A stretch of DNA of 64,000 nucleotides from Callorhinchus milii (GCF_018977255.1 NW_024704743.1:35466001-35530000); one strand, 5' to 3'; positions 24,257 to 37,319 are shown, counted from the stretch's first letter. Notes: generated from the letters alone by a model not told the origin. Numbers and translations: made by a program.

Positions 24257-27200
24257 CTGCAAAATACAATCGTTAGCATTAGTACAACGAGAGCGGGTAG
24301 AATGGTTATCAATAATAGATGTGGTGCGCGAAACGCAAAAGGCAAATAAAAGTAGGGTCAAAAACTACTCGACCCATCGGAGCAAATTGCCACCTTCATT
24401 TTAAAATCTTGCTGACTGTGCTTTTATTAGGGGACCGTCATATTTATTCTCTGTTTCTGCCTAAGCAAATCTCTCCTGGTGGTACCTTAATGAGCACCGA
24501 GCCATCTTTTACTTCTCATTCCCCTCCCTCGGACCTGACCGCGATCTACTGCGAATACTGTGTATTCGTTTCGGGAAATAAGGCGATAATTCAGGTATGG
24601 TTTAATTCAGGGAAGATCTGTGTCGCAAACAGTCTCTCAATACGCCTGCAATCTACCTGTACTGGTTCAGCTATTCTCCCTGTGCCCTGTGTAATCCCAG
24701 CAGCCTTTGACCTTTACCTTGACCTAAAATAATTTAAATTGGTTTATTGTATGGACGAGTTAGTCTTTCACTCTTCAGAATCATTACTGGTCCTTTTCAT
24801 TTATTTGCCGCGAGGTGACCCGCGCTCCCTCTCTGGGTTTCTCAACAAACATACTTAACATCTTCATTTGGACATCGCCCTGCACGTAAATCTAATCACC
24901 CCCTCCCCTCCATAATAATAAAAAAGGAGTATTTCAAAGCGCAAAGGTTTGGATTTTCACGCCTTTCTGCGAGCTTGAAATTCTGCATATCAGGTTTGGA
25001 GAGGAGGGGGAGGGGTGGGGGGGGGGGGACAAGAGTAACAATAACAAGTGTCCACTTCTGCTTGTTTGCCCCTTTTCGCTTGGTTGGTCAGATCACGCTC
25101 AATTGATTTTGTTTTAAAATTCAATTACATTTATGGATGAGGGGCTGGGGTTTGCTAGCGGAACCGTGTACATGTTATTTATCCCTATCAATCTTGCCCT
25201 AAGTGCTGGGGAATTAGACTGGGTCGGTCTAATTGATCAGTGTGGAATCCTGACTAAGACTGGAAAGAGGGAGGTTTGCAATCTAAAACTAGCACCATAT
25301 GGTGCTGCAATAACTTGGCTAATATTCAGATAGTCACAGCTTAGCTTGTGAGTGTAACCCGCTTACACACATACACAACCAAACGGGTGGCGAGCAGACT
25401 CCCAAGTGTCAGTCCGCAGTTCCTCTGTGCAGATAACCTGATCCTTACAAAGCAGGTGAACGATCCGAAGCAATAATCTCGTCTTGTGCCTGCATTTGTA
25501 CGTGCAAACGATGCACACGTAACACGCGATGCGTTTAGGAAATCCTGGTTCTTTTTCGAATAGGAGTTCTTCTAAAAAAAAATTCAGGCTAAGCGAGCGC
25601 GCATCGGCCCGATCCCAGTTTCTATCCTCAGCTCGAATGGTTTAATCGTGATAAAGACTGTGGGTAAAAAGATCGTGTTTATGTTCAAACCCCTCACACA
25701 ATTTCGAGACGTGAATTGGTCCGAGGCGTTGGCAGGAGGAGAGAACTTGCAGATGGTATCAGGGAATGGAAGCAATATCCAGTTGTATCGAAAATAAGCG
25801 CAAATGTTCAAAATTCGCCTGTGCACAGTGGTACAATTCGCTGTGACAGGATCAGACTGGGATTTTACACCCGAGGTCGACCGTCTGATAGCGTGAAATC
25901 TATTTATTGCTGCCCTTTTTGGAAGTGTCGCTTTAACGCCTTTTAATGGACGCGGAAAATTGCATTGTAAAACTCATTAAAGTAATTAAAACAGCAATTC
26001 TGTCACCCGCCACCTTCGCTGCAAAAGCAAATGCTGGAGACCTATCACCCGGACCACGTACAACAAAAAGAACCCCAGCGACAGGAACAAGACCAGAGGC
26101 TGATCTCCCATTACACTGCAGCTCTCGGCAGAGTGGAGAATATTGCTCTTTTGCTGTATTATATATAATATGTGATATATATTTATGCACCAATCCCTCA
26201 GAAACCCAGTGCCCCTTACTTCATTTTCTAAGAAACAAATAAAGTTTTGCATCTGCCCCTTTTTGTACTCGGATTGAATGAAAACCAATTTATTGCACGC
26301 TAGAAAAAATGGTGGATTTTTCATCGGGAGGGAGTCGAGCTGTTTGTCAGATTACTCGGGGTTTTAAAACATTATCTTGCATTTCATTAATTTAAAAGGT
26401 GCCGCGGCTTAATTTGCCATCTTATTGCATTGTGAATTCTTGAGAGGATAAAGCGGTTTATTATTATTATTTGAATCACAGTGGGGTTGAAAACAGGAAA
26501 TGGAAAACAACTTTCCCTTTGTAATAGGGGTTTCTGCAGACCGTAACCGAACAAAACAACGTGAGCAACATAAATGTATAATTATTTTTTAAGATGCTGC
26601 TGGTTTCTGGCTGGTTTTTCGGGGGGGGGGGGGGAGGGGGGAGAGAAGTCAATGGGTTATAATGAGTAGATTTTGCTTAAAATAGAACAAGCGGATCTCA
26701 AAGCAAAACCCCTGAGAACAGATCCAGGGATGTGAGTCCGACTGCAGGGACTGTGATCTGAAGAGTTGTGCTGTATCTATCCCCTGTCTCTGCAGTTCCG
26801 GGGCTGGTTTTGCTGGAGGCTGGTTAGGGTTCTGAGAGGCTTTTTTTTTCCTCGTGGAGGTAAGTGGGCTGCAGTCCCCCTGACAGTTCTCTGCTCTCAT
26901 CCCGTCCAGGGGATTTAACACTGCAATCTTAAACTCACATTAGCATCCTGTCCTTTGCATCGATCGACACCCGGCTGTCACCCAACATCGCCTAATAAAA
27001 AAAAACTGCACCATTTTCATCTACTCCTGCTTTCTTCCTTATCTGAACGGAAATCTGATGACGCCCGTAGGATCTTACTAGCAATCTTTAGGGGGGAAAG
27101 AGGGATGGCTCGTTCTGCTCGGCCCTGCGCTCGCTCTGTCAGAAAATTGTGCCACAGAGAAATTAAGTGGTTACAAACTAAACCTGACCGCTGCGTTTCA

Positions 27201-27381
27201 CACATGTCTGTCTTGTGCAAAATATGCTTTCATTCAGATCGCCAAATACATACAGCACAAACATTGCAATGCAACAGTACATTTATTTTCCTTGGGTGGA
27301 TAATTTTAAACCCACTTAAGGTTACACCTGGTGCAAAAATAATAATATACACATATATATATAGATTTATATTGAACTTAC

Positions 27382-27436
27382 CGAGCTGTACAGCAAGAAT
27401 AAATGCAAAGCAAGCTCCGTTCAACGTAAGTCCCAT
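27382..27436 (-). CDS. NRN1: Neuritin coding exon 1 (signal peptide MGLTLNGACFAFILAVQL + phase-1 G)
   Basis: ATG at 27436-27434 in strong context (AGGATGG). 55 nt ending CTC G|gtaagt donor. Matches the recalled mammalian N-terminus MGLKLNGRYISLILAVQIA. Confidence 0.95.
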
Positions 27437-27579
27437 CCTACATTTGGTACAACCATTGGAGACTAAAACCTTTCAAATGGTTATCTGGGAACATTTGGGG
27501 AAAGGCCGGACATCACACATTGCCAACAAGTTAGCGCTCAAGTAATAGCAGAGTGGAGCTGAAGTGGAATGGTTCACTC

Positions 27580-27695
27580 CGCCTGACTGAGGGGGGAAGG
27601 GGCTCGGCCTCGTATGTCACGTACACTCTTGACGTATGGGTTACATTTACTGCATCCTGTTGGGGTAGGGAAGAGCACACGCCATTTATAGTCCT
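27580..27695 (-). promoter_or_regulatory. NRN1 proximal promoter: CTATAAATGG (TATA/CArG-like, 27682-27691), CRE-like TGACGTAT (27630-27637), TACGTG HRE-like core (~27618-27623), Inr-like TCAGTC (27585-27590)
   Basis: Motifs read directly, 150-255 nt upstream of the ATG. The TSS cannot be fixed from sequence alone. Confidence 0.55.
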
Positions 27696-28776
27696 CCGAG
27701 CTCGGCATTACTCAGATCTAAGTGCTAATTTGGAGATGCAGAGCGTCCCATTCCCACCCACCCCCTCCTGTGCTGTTTGCTGAAACTCCCCCTGGAAGAG
27801 AGGGGGGAGGGGGGGAGTGGTGACCTCTCATAGCTGAGCATGAAACTCAATGGATGAAGATCCGAGGAGCCAAGAGGAGGAAAGTGTGTGTGTGTGTGTG
27901 TGTGTGGTGGGGGGAGGAGGGGTTGTCATTGCATGCAGCACTTGGGAGACTGCGGCGGTTTAGATGTGGGCGAGTTGCTGTTTGCAGTAATCTCTTGTGC
28001 TAAACGATCATGTATCCCAAATGCAGTTGTGCAGTCGCAGTGGAGCATCATTAACGGAATACAGTGCAAATAAAGCCTCGGAGATGTACATCGCTTTGAC
28101 ATCACCTTGACCTCCACACTCCTCACACGTCGTGCCTTTCTAACAGTTTGGTTTAAAGCAATCGAATAGCTTTAAAAATATTGCCCCTAACCTTTGATTT
28201 TTCATTTCGTCGTATGAAGTCTTGTGATGTACAGCAAAAGCGAGAGAGAGAAAAAAAAACACTCGACGCGATGGGTTTTATTCCCCAATCGTAGCTAAAA
28301 GAGGAAACCCACCCATTTTATCCATCTTGACTCATTTCACAAGGTACCGAGACACCTCGATCCCAATTAATTGACACGAAGACACTTCCACGTTGGTTTC
28401 TTTCAAAGGACTTCTCAAAAAAAAACGTGTCAAATTCGCGAGTAACTTGCAAAAGAAAATAAAGCCGACAAGTGAAAACGTGTTAATTTGAATATGAATT
28501 GCCAAATATATATATATATGTGTGTGTGTGTGTGTTCGTGCTTTCCCCTCACTCTCCCTCCTGCATATCTGTGTCACTCACTGGTTAACTCGCCACAAAA
28601 CTGTAGGCAATACTCCAGCTGTCCGTGGATTGTTAATCCATTGGCATCATACAAAGGGGGAGAAGTCTGGGGGAGATTTTTTTGTGTGTGTGTGGGAGGG
28701 GGGGGGGGGGGGGGGGGGGATGTTGTGTTAAATAATTCATTTCTCAGTGGGTTTTTCTTTTAACCAGAGAAACAAA

Positions 28777-28834
28777 TGACGTCAAGTCGTGGTGCTTCTC
28801 TGTACAAAGTGGTCTCTCCCCCACCCTGACGTCA
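28777..28834. promoter_or_regulatory. Two perfect palindromic CREs (TGACGTCA at 28777-28784 and 28827-28834)
   Basis: Exact 8-mers 50 bp apart, ~1.35-1.4 kb upstream of the NRN1 ATG. Confidence 0.7.
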
Positions 28835-31800
28835 ATGTGATTCTCTGAGTGAACATAGCCCTGGACAGAATAATAATAACAACAATAATAATAATAACAA
28901 TAATAATAATAATAAAGGGAATCCGTCCAATGCACCTGTTTTTTTAAATATGTTTTAAGAGCCCGCGCAACATTTGACACAGGACAGAAGTCCTATCCTT
29001 TGCAGGGAGAGTGTGCTGTGTTGAAGCTGGTGCCGCTCGGCTTTAACCCGGACCGACCCCGCCTTGGCATTGCTGACTCCATAAGGTCCCAGGACATTGG
29101 CATCAACAAGTTCAGACGCACGTCCCACTGGATCAAAGCCGCCACGTCAGCCTTTCCGGGGGCTGTCGTCGTTGCAATTCATTCATAAAACAAAGAGATC
29201 TGTCCATTTGTATTTGCAGTGACAGCTTTCATTTGGTTCCTTCTCTTAACCGAAACTCAAAGTGGCTCGTAATCTTTGCACAAGACTTCCTTGGCGATGT
29301 AAAAAATTAAATCCGACAGTGATAACTATATTTATCGAGCTGCTGCTTTTGCAAGAGAAATTCGACACTTGACTCGGGATTTTGCGATACTACCAGCTGA
29401 GCGGTGTTGCTACAATATCAACATATCAGGAAACAAATTAAAAGCGTCCTTCCCCATGTCTTCACCCAGTATTTCCACAATGATGTAGACATCGGAAAGG
29501 AAAATAAGAGAGGAAAGTCTGGATTAGGCGCTGCTCTATTCTAGACGGGGACTGGTGTTTATATTGTGAGTTGAGTGGATCGATCCCTTCTGTCTGTGCG
29601 GATACCTCTGGAGTCGGGCCCTGTTGAGTTCCATGGGATGTTTTGGTAATGTACGTAAATCGGTGTTCAGTTTATATGAAGTTTTGACATCGATCATATA
29701 TTTGAAATATTATATGAACTAATATTTGAACGAATTCTATTTTTTAAAAAAAGGTCAAGACACTTCTCATCATAATATACTCCAGGTGAAACCAAACCGC
29801 AGGGTCGGGTCATTGGCTCCAATTCAGTGTTTTATGATCTCTTCAGTGAAAATAATCATGAATAATCTCTTTTGAGGTCTAGGCATCGTGAACGGATTGT
29901 AAACTGCCCAAATCTGCTTCATTCTGCACTTTTCCTTGGGTGCATGGTGTAAAACTGCGATGTTAAACTTTCCAAAAATCAAATTTTTGCTTTGTCCAAG
30001 AGACAGAGTGAGAGAAAGAGGGGGAGAAAGAGAGGGAGAAGGGGGGAGGGGGGCACCCTGAGCTATTAAGTGCAAGTGTTTGAATTCTGGACATAACTCA
30101 TTTCATTCGGAAGAGGTGCTTTAGGAACGAATGAAAGGAACTATGGCTTTAATTCTTTATTGACAGCAGAGACTGTTTATGATGCTTGACAGTAGGCAAA
30201 ATGTCACGACCAAAGGATTCAAGGCAAGAAAACTCATAAATGGATAGTTAATCAAGAGGAGGCAGTGAGAGCAATGGTCACGGTCAAAATAAATGAGGGA
30301 AGCTAATGGTGGAGTGGAACCTGTGTCTGGGGTCCGCTCAGAAAATACATCTGGAATAAGCATCTGAGATCCCTTGGCATTGTCCCATTGACCTAAAGGA
30401 GATTGAAAGGGTGTTGCAAGGTTTCCAGGAGGTCAAACTATGAGAAACCGATGGATAACTGTAGTTTTGTATAACATTTTTTGTTTCATGCAATGTTTCT
30501 TTACTGAGAGCAGATGCATAAAGATATCAAAGTGTTTCACCCATTCCTCCTTGTATGTGCATCGCCATGCAGCAATCAATAGCTGATATGATTGTTGGGA
30601 ATGTTGACTGTAAGGTTTTAGTTTGATCGCTGGGCTCTCGGAGGAGGTGGTGTTATCACAAGCAATGCACAGTAACCTTGTGGGCTTTGTGAAGTGCGGA
30701 TAATCTAACGTGAACACTCTTACGGAGTGCAAACAAGCGCTATCTAGATTCAAAGTCCAATACGACTCTTTCCTTTGATATCAAGATAGCCCTTATTGGG
30801 TGGTTTACATTCTGGGAAAATATGCTTTTGTACAAGTGGATAGAACACTGTCCAAGGTCCGCCTCACACCAGTGATATCAAATAGTACAAAATCTACCTC
30901 CATGTAGACTGAGTATGGCACAGCACAAGGCTGTTTATGGTGAGGCTAATGACATGAGATCATAGTCCATTGTCCAAGGATTCAGAGTTGGAAAATCGAA
31001 AGTCCTTCCCTTAAATATAGGAATATCTAAGACTAGGAAGTACATAAACCATGTGCATTAAATGTCAATTCAAAATGGAATGTTTAATATTGATACTGTT
31101 TAATAAAGAAACATTAATCTATTTAACAGTTAATTTTGGTGTAAGAACATACAAATTTGCTAGGCGAAAGAAGACCATGGTCCATCTAGTTCACCTTCCA
31201 CCATCCCTGCAGTGGCTTGACATGTAGTCTCCCAAACTATATACTGTAACCCAAGGTATTATTTTCTAGCGGAAATCTATCTAATGTGTAGATATTCAAC
31301 TGCAGATTTCTGAAAATTACAAAGACAGTGGCTTAAACTGCAATTCAAAATTGTTATAACTTTGGTGTAATCATCATATAATTTACTATACTCTTAAATT
31401 GAATTACCTATCCATAAATCAGGAAGGTTAAAGTCAGTACTCTATTAGCACGCAATATTCCAATCATCAGAAGGAGTGCTACACAATTTAAAGCCACCCT
31501 ATTCTTTGTGCCTGTTCTACTGTACTTTTCAATTTCATATCAATTCAATAAATTCAGAATCCATCAGCACCTGATGGTTGTGTATTCTGGATGATTTAAA
31601 AGGCAAACCAAGAGAGAATACTGCAGCGGGAGTTTATTGGTGTTTAAAGTGAAATATGGAAGAAACACAGTAGTACAAACATAAAGCATTTTAACCTCTA
31701 GAAACAATGCAACCGCTTCAAATGGTAATAGATAATATTTTTTGCAAACCATTGGAACAATCTTAACTAATTTCCACAATGACCGATTTACGTGAATTAA

Positions 31801-32607
31801 TTTGATCCTTGAACATTTCTGATAATTCAGGGAAAACTAACACTGAGGATTTGGGTGAAGTACATTGCTATCTTTTTTTTATATCAACTCATATGCACTT
31901 TCCAACATTTCAAACCTGAATTGTGTTTAGTATGTTTGTGACATACCCCTGTGACTCTCAAAACAAGCAGCCGATTACTGCTTTGAAGCAGTTCCCTCAA
32001 CCAAAACGAGTAAATATGGGAAATGAGGACTCTTACAACCTGTAACATTTTAACGCGAGGGAGCTTGGGAATCACAAGAATAGAATTTGAAAAATAAAAT
32101 AACCAGCCACGATTTATTGAGGGTTGAGTCACAACGTAATATATTCCTAAGCAGCACTCACAAATCTGATACAGTGCACTGTTAGTGAAATGACGCTCAA
32201 CCTGAAAAGAGATATTGGCAGATCCATGGACTCAAGCACAGGTGATGGTTGGACATAACCTCAGATCATAACATAGCTAAAAACGAAATGGAAACTAAAA
32301 ATAATAGAAGCCAACCCGATTCTGAAAGATTAGACATGTTAACATTTGGACTGTGTCCCTTCACAACAGGGACTAATTTGCAGTGTTTTGTAACGGGATT
32401 CCTTAATAATGAATCTGAGAATTGTCCGTGGAGATGGTTTCTGGTAACCAGAAGGATGTCAAACTAAACCAAAGGTGACCTTGGAGTCCCTACCGGGAAT
32501 TCTAATAGGATTTTTTGTGAGGCAATTGCATTATAAAATGCCCTTCAATAGACTCTCATTTGAAAATTCCTTGTGCATTTTTAAAAATAAACAAAATAAA
32601 TATATGA

Positions 32608-32874
32608 GGTCCAATTTGAAGGTTGGGTTAATAACCCATGTCCAAATCTTACAGTTGGGTTAATCAAGTGCAAAGACACTCAGATGCCCTGGATCTATGC
32701 GCCTTTGCATTTGATTAAGTAATGGATTCCAAAATCAACTGGGATTATTTTCATTAGTTCTTAGTTGCATAATTAAAGGCGCCTGTAATTCCCTCTGTAC
32801 AACTGTCTGCACATGGTTAACCAACTCACAAATTTTCCACATGGATTGTTAACCCAACCTGCAGTTTAGATTCC
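32608..32874. mobile_element. Unclassified palindromic MITE-like element; partial inverted copy at ~58775-58880
   Basis: AGGTTGGGTTAATAACCCATGT ... ACATGGATTGTTAACCCAACCT terminal inverted repeat. Confidence 0.6.
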
Positions 32875-35519
32875 ATAAATAAGTGATCAATTTAGCTTAT
32901 ACTGATTTTTTAGTCTAGAAATACAAGACCAAAGCTGACATCGTGCAAACTCATTCCTTTCTGAGTTTGCCAATTTGATTTGCTTTGCATTGAATCCAAG
33001 TACTGGTTGTGCTTGTAAATAGTAGAAACATCTCCCATACCATTTCCTAATTGTTGCACTGTTTTATGCTTGGTACCAGGTCTGACAGTAAGGGTCAGCA
33101 ATGGACAATCACAGAGCAAGAGGGTGTGCATTAATTAATGATCCCCATTGTTTGGTGCATGAGATGAAGGCCAATCAATTATATAATCCTTAAGGTTGTT
33201 AGTCATTAATTAGCGGACATTTTCTTTACCACTTATAGTCTCAATTTTTCCAGAGTGTCTAATTTAAATTAATAAGGAAATATGCAAGGCGTTGGGAGGA
33301 GACACGGTTCAACCCTAGCATTTCTGCTAATCATCCATGGCATTTAATAGATTACTGTTTTGCTTTGATTCATTTAACATTATATCTGAATTAAATAGTG
33401 AGGGAAGGGATGCAGTTTCTACAAGTAACACCTAGTGATTGAAATATTGTACAATGTAATTGGAATGCAGCTAAGCAGTCCTTTACATAGTCGTGTTATT
33501 TTGTACAGGGTCTCCATAAAGTCATGTCACCCCCATATTTTTTCTACAGTGCACGGACCAACAACTGAAACATCATAATATAAAATAATAATCCTTGCAT
33601 TTGATATAGTGCTTTTTATGTCTTTGAGATGTCTCAAACTTGCTCACAGACTTCTATTTCCTCTCTCCCCCTCCCCATTCTCCCATACAGGGCATCAAAC
33701 ATGTCCTCTTCACCCCCTCTCCCCCTCGCCCCACCATTACCACCATCCATCTTTGCTTTGATAGCGCTTCGAGATACTATCCTGCGAGAAGGCACTATAT
33801 AATGCCAGTTGTTGTTTGTAATCCAGGCCTAGATGTTCTAATGTGCTGAGCCATAGTAAAAAAAAATATTTTTCAGAGTTAGGAAACATTCCTTTGTTCT
33901 GTTTTTGTTAAAATAAACAATAGTGATTATACATTCTTTTAGATTTAGATTATTTCTGCTTGAGAGTAATTGATGGGAACACAGAGTATGGTAATGATTG
34001 AGGGTTGGGTACCTACTGACAAATTGAATTGAATTCTCTGGGTAGCACTGTCCTGAATGTAGTAATATAGCCACCTGTTCAGTGCTGATGCAGGAATGCT
34101 TCTTTTGGGATTAGAAACTTTACTTTTGGAATAATTGCTACAAGTTTGTATCTCTTACAATTAATTGAGCACAGCTGTAGTGCATTACTGACAATTATCG
34201 AAGCATGGATCATTAGCGGGGAAGACCTGACCATTAAAATAGACCAATTTAATTTTTCCATTATTCAGTTATATAGTACAGTAAAACGTGTATAAATCTG
34301 ATCTGTATAAATCATATAATCGCCTAAGTCGTACAATTGCCCAAGTCCCGTTCAAGAGTTTAGATTCTATGCAAGCTTTATATAACTCATACTTTGCATA
34401 AATTATATTAAATATATGGTCCCAACTGATATGACGTATTAGGAAAACCTGTGCAGGTGAACATAAACTCTGCTCAACAAATGTTTAGTCATAAATCTGC
34501 CAATTCTGCTGCATGGAGAAATATTGTGGTGCATAGAACAACTGAAATTTCTCATTACACACTATATCCAGGTCAATTGAATCAGACACCTTGTCCCCAT
34601 GGTCTGGTGAAATTTGCAACATGGACAGATGTTCTGCCATTAAGAAGATGTCATCATGCTATTTTAGATCCTAAAAGGACATATTACCAAGAGAAGCTCC
34701 GGAGGTGTTAACTTTGTAACATTAACCATTCTGTGACCCTACTTCAAAAAGGGTATTTTGTTGTTAGAGGGAATGCAGTGAAGGATAAATAGATTTATCC
34801 TAGAATGTAGGGCAAGCATGAGCTATAGGAAACAATTCACTACCTGGGATTGCTGAAAAGAGAAGCGTGAGGGAGATTTGATAGAGATATTTCAATTTAT
34901 GAAGGGTTTGTAAAATTTGGATGCAAGTATCTTTTTTTGCCATGTGGAAAATTCAGAAGCAAGGGACCATAACCTCAAATTAAGTGACTTTGTGTTTGTT
35001 AAAGAAGGAAGAAAGACATTTTTGTTTTGGTCAGTCAGATGTATGACACATGTGTAAACCCATCACCATGCTTAAGAGTATCCAAATCAAGCTGAGATTT
35101 CTGTGCGCTCCACATGCACATGGAAATCCCAGATAGATTGTTGGAATGGTATGCACACATCCTGCTTAGCTAATTCCAGAAAATATTAGGCATAAGGCAC
35201 ATGTGGTGAAACAAGAAACTATAAATGAGCAATGAGATGAGCAATGATTAGACAAGGCACTTCAGTCCCTTATACAGGTGTATACAATTTTCAATGGGTT
35301 TGTAAAACTAAATCCAGAACAATACTTGAGGATGAACCAAGATGGTGGAAGTTTTAGAGTTGCAAAGGGCAATCTCAGGACAGAGACAACGAAGCATTTT
35401 TTTACCCAGAGGCTAATTAACAAATGGTCAGGTCACCGGGAAGCATGATGGAAGCCAGGACACTGGACCTTAAGGCATACTGAAGGTCATTAAGCAGACC
35501 CACACTTATAATGAATGGT

Positions 35520-36090
35520 TATGATGAACCTTTATAAAACACTGGTTAGGCCTAAGCTAGAGTACTGTGTTCACTTCTGGGCACCACACTTTAGGAAGGA
35601 TGTCAAGGCATTGGAGAGGGTGCAAAGGAGATAGTACCAGGAATGAGAGACTTCAGTTATCAGGAAAGACTAGAGAACCTAGGATTATTCTCCTTGGAGG
35701 AGAGAAGGTTAAGAGGAGACTTAATAGAAGTTTTAAAAATTATTGGGGGATTTGATAGGGTGAACAAGGAAAAACCATTTCCATTGGCAGGTGATTTATT
35801 GATCCCGATTTAAAATAGTTGTTAAAAGAAACAGAGGGGAGGTGAGGAGAAATTTTTTCACACAGCGAGTTTTTTCGGATCTGGAATGCAATGCCTGAAA
35901 GGGTGGTGGGAGCTGATTCGATAACAACTTTTAAGAGAGAAGCAGATAATTATTTGGGGAGGACAAGTTTGCAGGGCTACGGGGAGAGCGCGAGGGAGTG
36001 GGATTGAATTGGATAGCTCTTTCAAAGCGCCGGCACAGACATAATGGGCCAAATGGCCTCCTTCCGTGCTGTAAAATTCTATGATTCTAC
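35520..36090 (+). mobile_element. CR1 LINE 3' fragment
   Basis: Very similar to 54390-54972; tail TTCTATGATTCTA. Confidence 0.9.
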
Positions 36091-37319
36091 GATAGACCCT
36101 TTGTTCTGTACCTGCCACTGCACATATCCAACTCACAGCCTTTCCATATCCACCTAATATGGATCTGGAACTAGGATGGAAAAGGAGAGTGGGTATTCTG
36201 GAAGAATGAAATCAAATGGGCTGAAGGGCATTCTTTATCCAAACTAATCTTGTGATCTTCAGATAACAATAACAGTCCTTGTATTGGATGTAGCTCTGTG
36301 TCATATCGTCAAAACGTCTCAAAGTACTTCATAGGACTGTATTTCATAGGTGAATGCAGCAGCCAATTTGCACACAGCAATGTCCCGTGAACGGTTGTGA
36401 AATGAATGACAAATTTTATCTGAAGGAGTTTTGGCCAGGACACCAGGAGAATCTCCCTTCTCTTTTCAATAGTGCCCTGGGGTCTTCAACCTCTGCTTGA
36501 ACAGGCAGAAATAAATTTATTTTGTAGCAATGTGTCATTTTGTGTTTGGTGGGATGGCTCATCCTTGTCTTGGTTTCACAGCCAGACATTGTTGGTGCAT
36601 TTGTTGATCTATTTGCTAAAGTCTTCTGATATCATTTATTTTGGGGTGGCAGAGAGAAATTTTGTTTAGGCATTTTAATGCTTGCCTGACATCGGTAAAC
36701 AGCTTTTTGTGCTCATTATTTTTCCATTCCTTTAAATGAATTCTTTCACCACAGCATGAAACTCTCACTCTTTGAATTATTGCTTTGTGAAGTTTGGCAA
36801 GTTATTAAATTACCACCTGCAGAATCATTAACAAAGGTCAAGTTGGCTTTTTTCTAATTGTTAAACTGTTTAATTTGCATTAATGCAGCTAATGTTCCAT
36901 TGGATGGCTTAAGTTACCACTGACCACAAATTAGCATTCAGAGAAAAGCAGACAATGATATGTTATCAGTTAGATAATAACTGTATGTAATTACTACATT
37001 TACTGAACAGATTTAAAGGCCAAACATGGAAGGATTTTGGCATCTATTTAACTGAAACTCTTAGTACACATTTTATTTTTATTACACACAAACTATAGCA
37101 TTAACATAGCCAGTTTGTTTTGTTTTGGCAACAGTAGCATATATTAATCACAGAATCATAAAAATTTGCAGCCTAGAATGGGCCATGTGAGCCATCGCCT
37201 ATGATAGTATCAGCTATTCCATGGGAACTAACTAGTCTAACTCCAACTACAATTCCTTGCTCTTTCCTCAAACCCTTTTACAATTTTCCTCTTTACGTCT
37301 TTATCCAGTTCTACTTCTA

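Noticed and set aside
26857..26865. Perfect plus-strand donor GAG|GTAAGT in NRN1 intron 1 (antisense exon?)
   Set aside because: A single motif with no matching exon structure; expected by chance at this scale.
26955..27545. 196-aa plus-strand ORF antisense to NRN1 exon 1
   Set aside because: Non-ATG start, intron-like composition, no recognisable homology.
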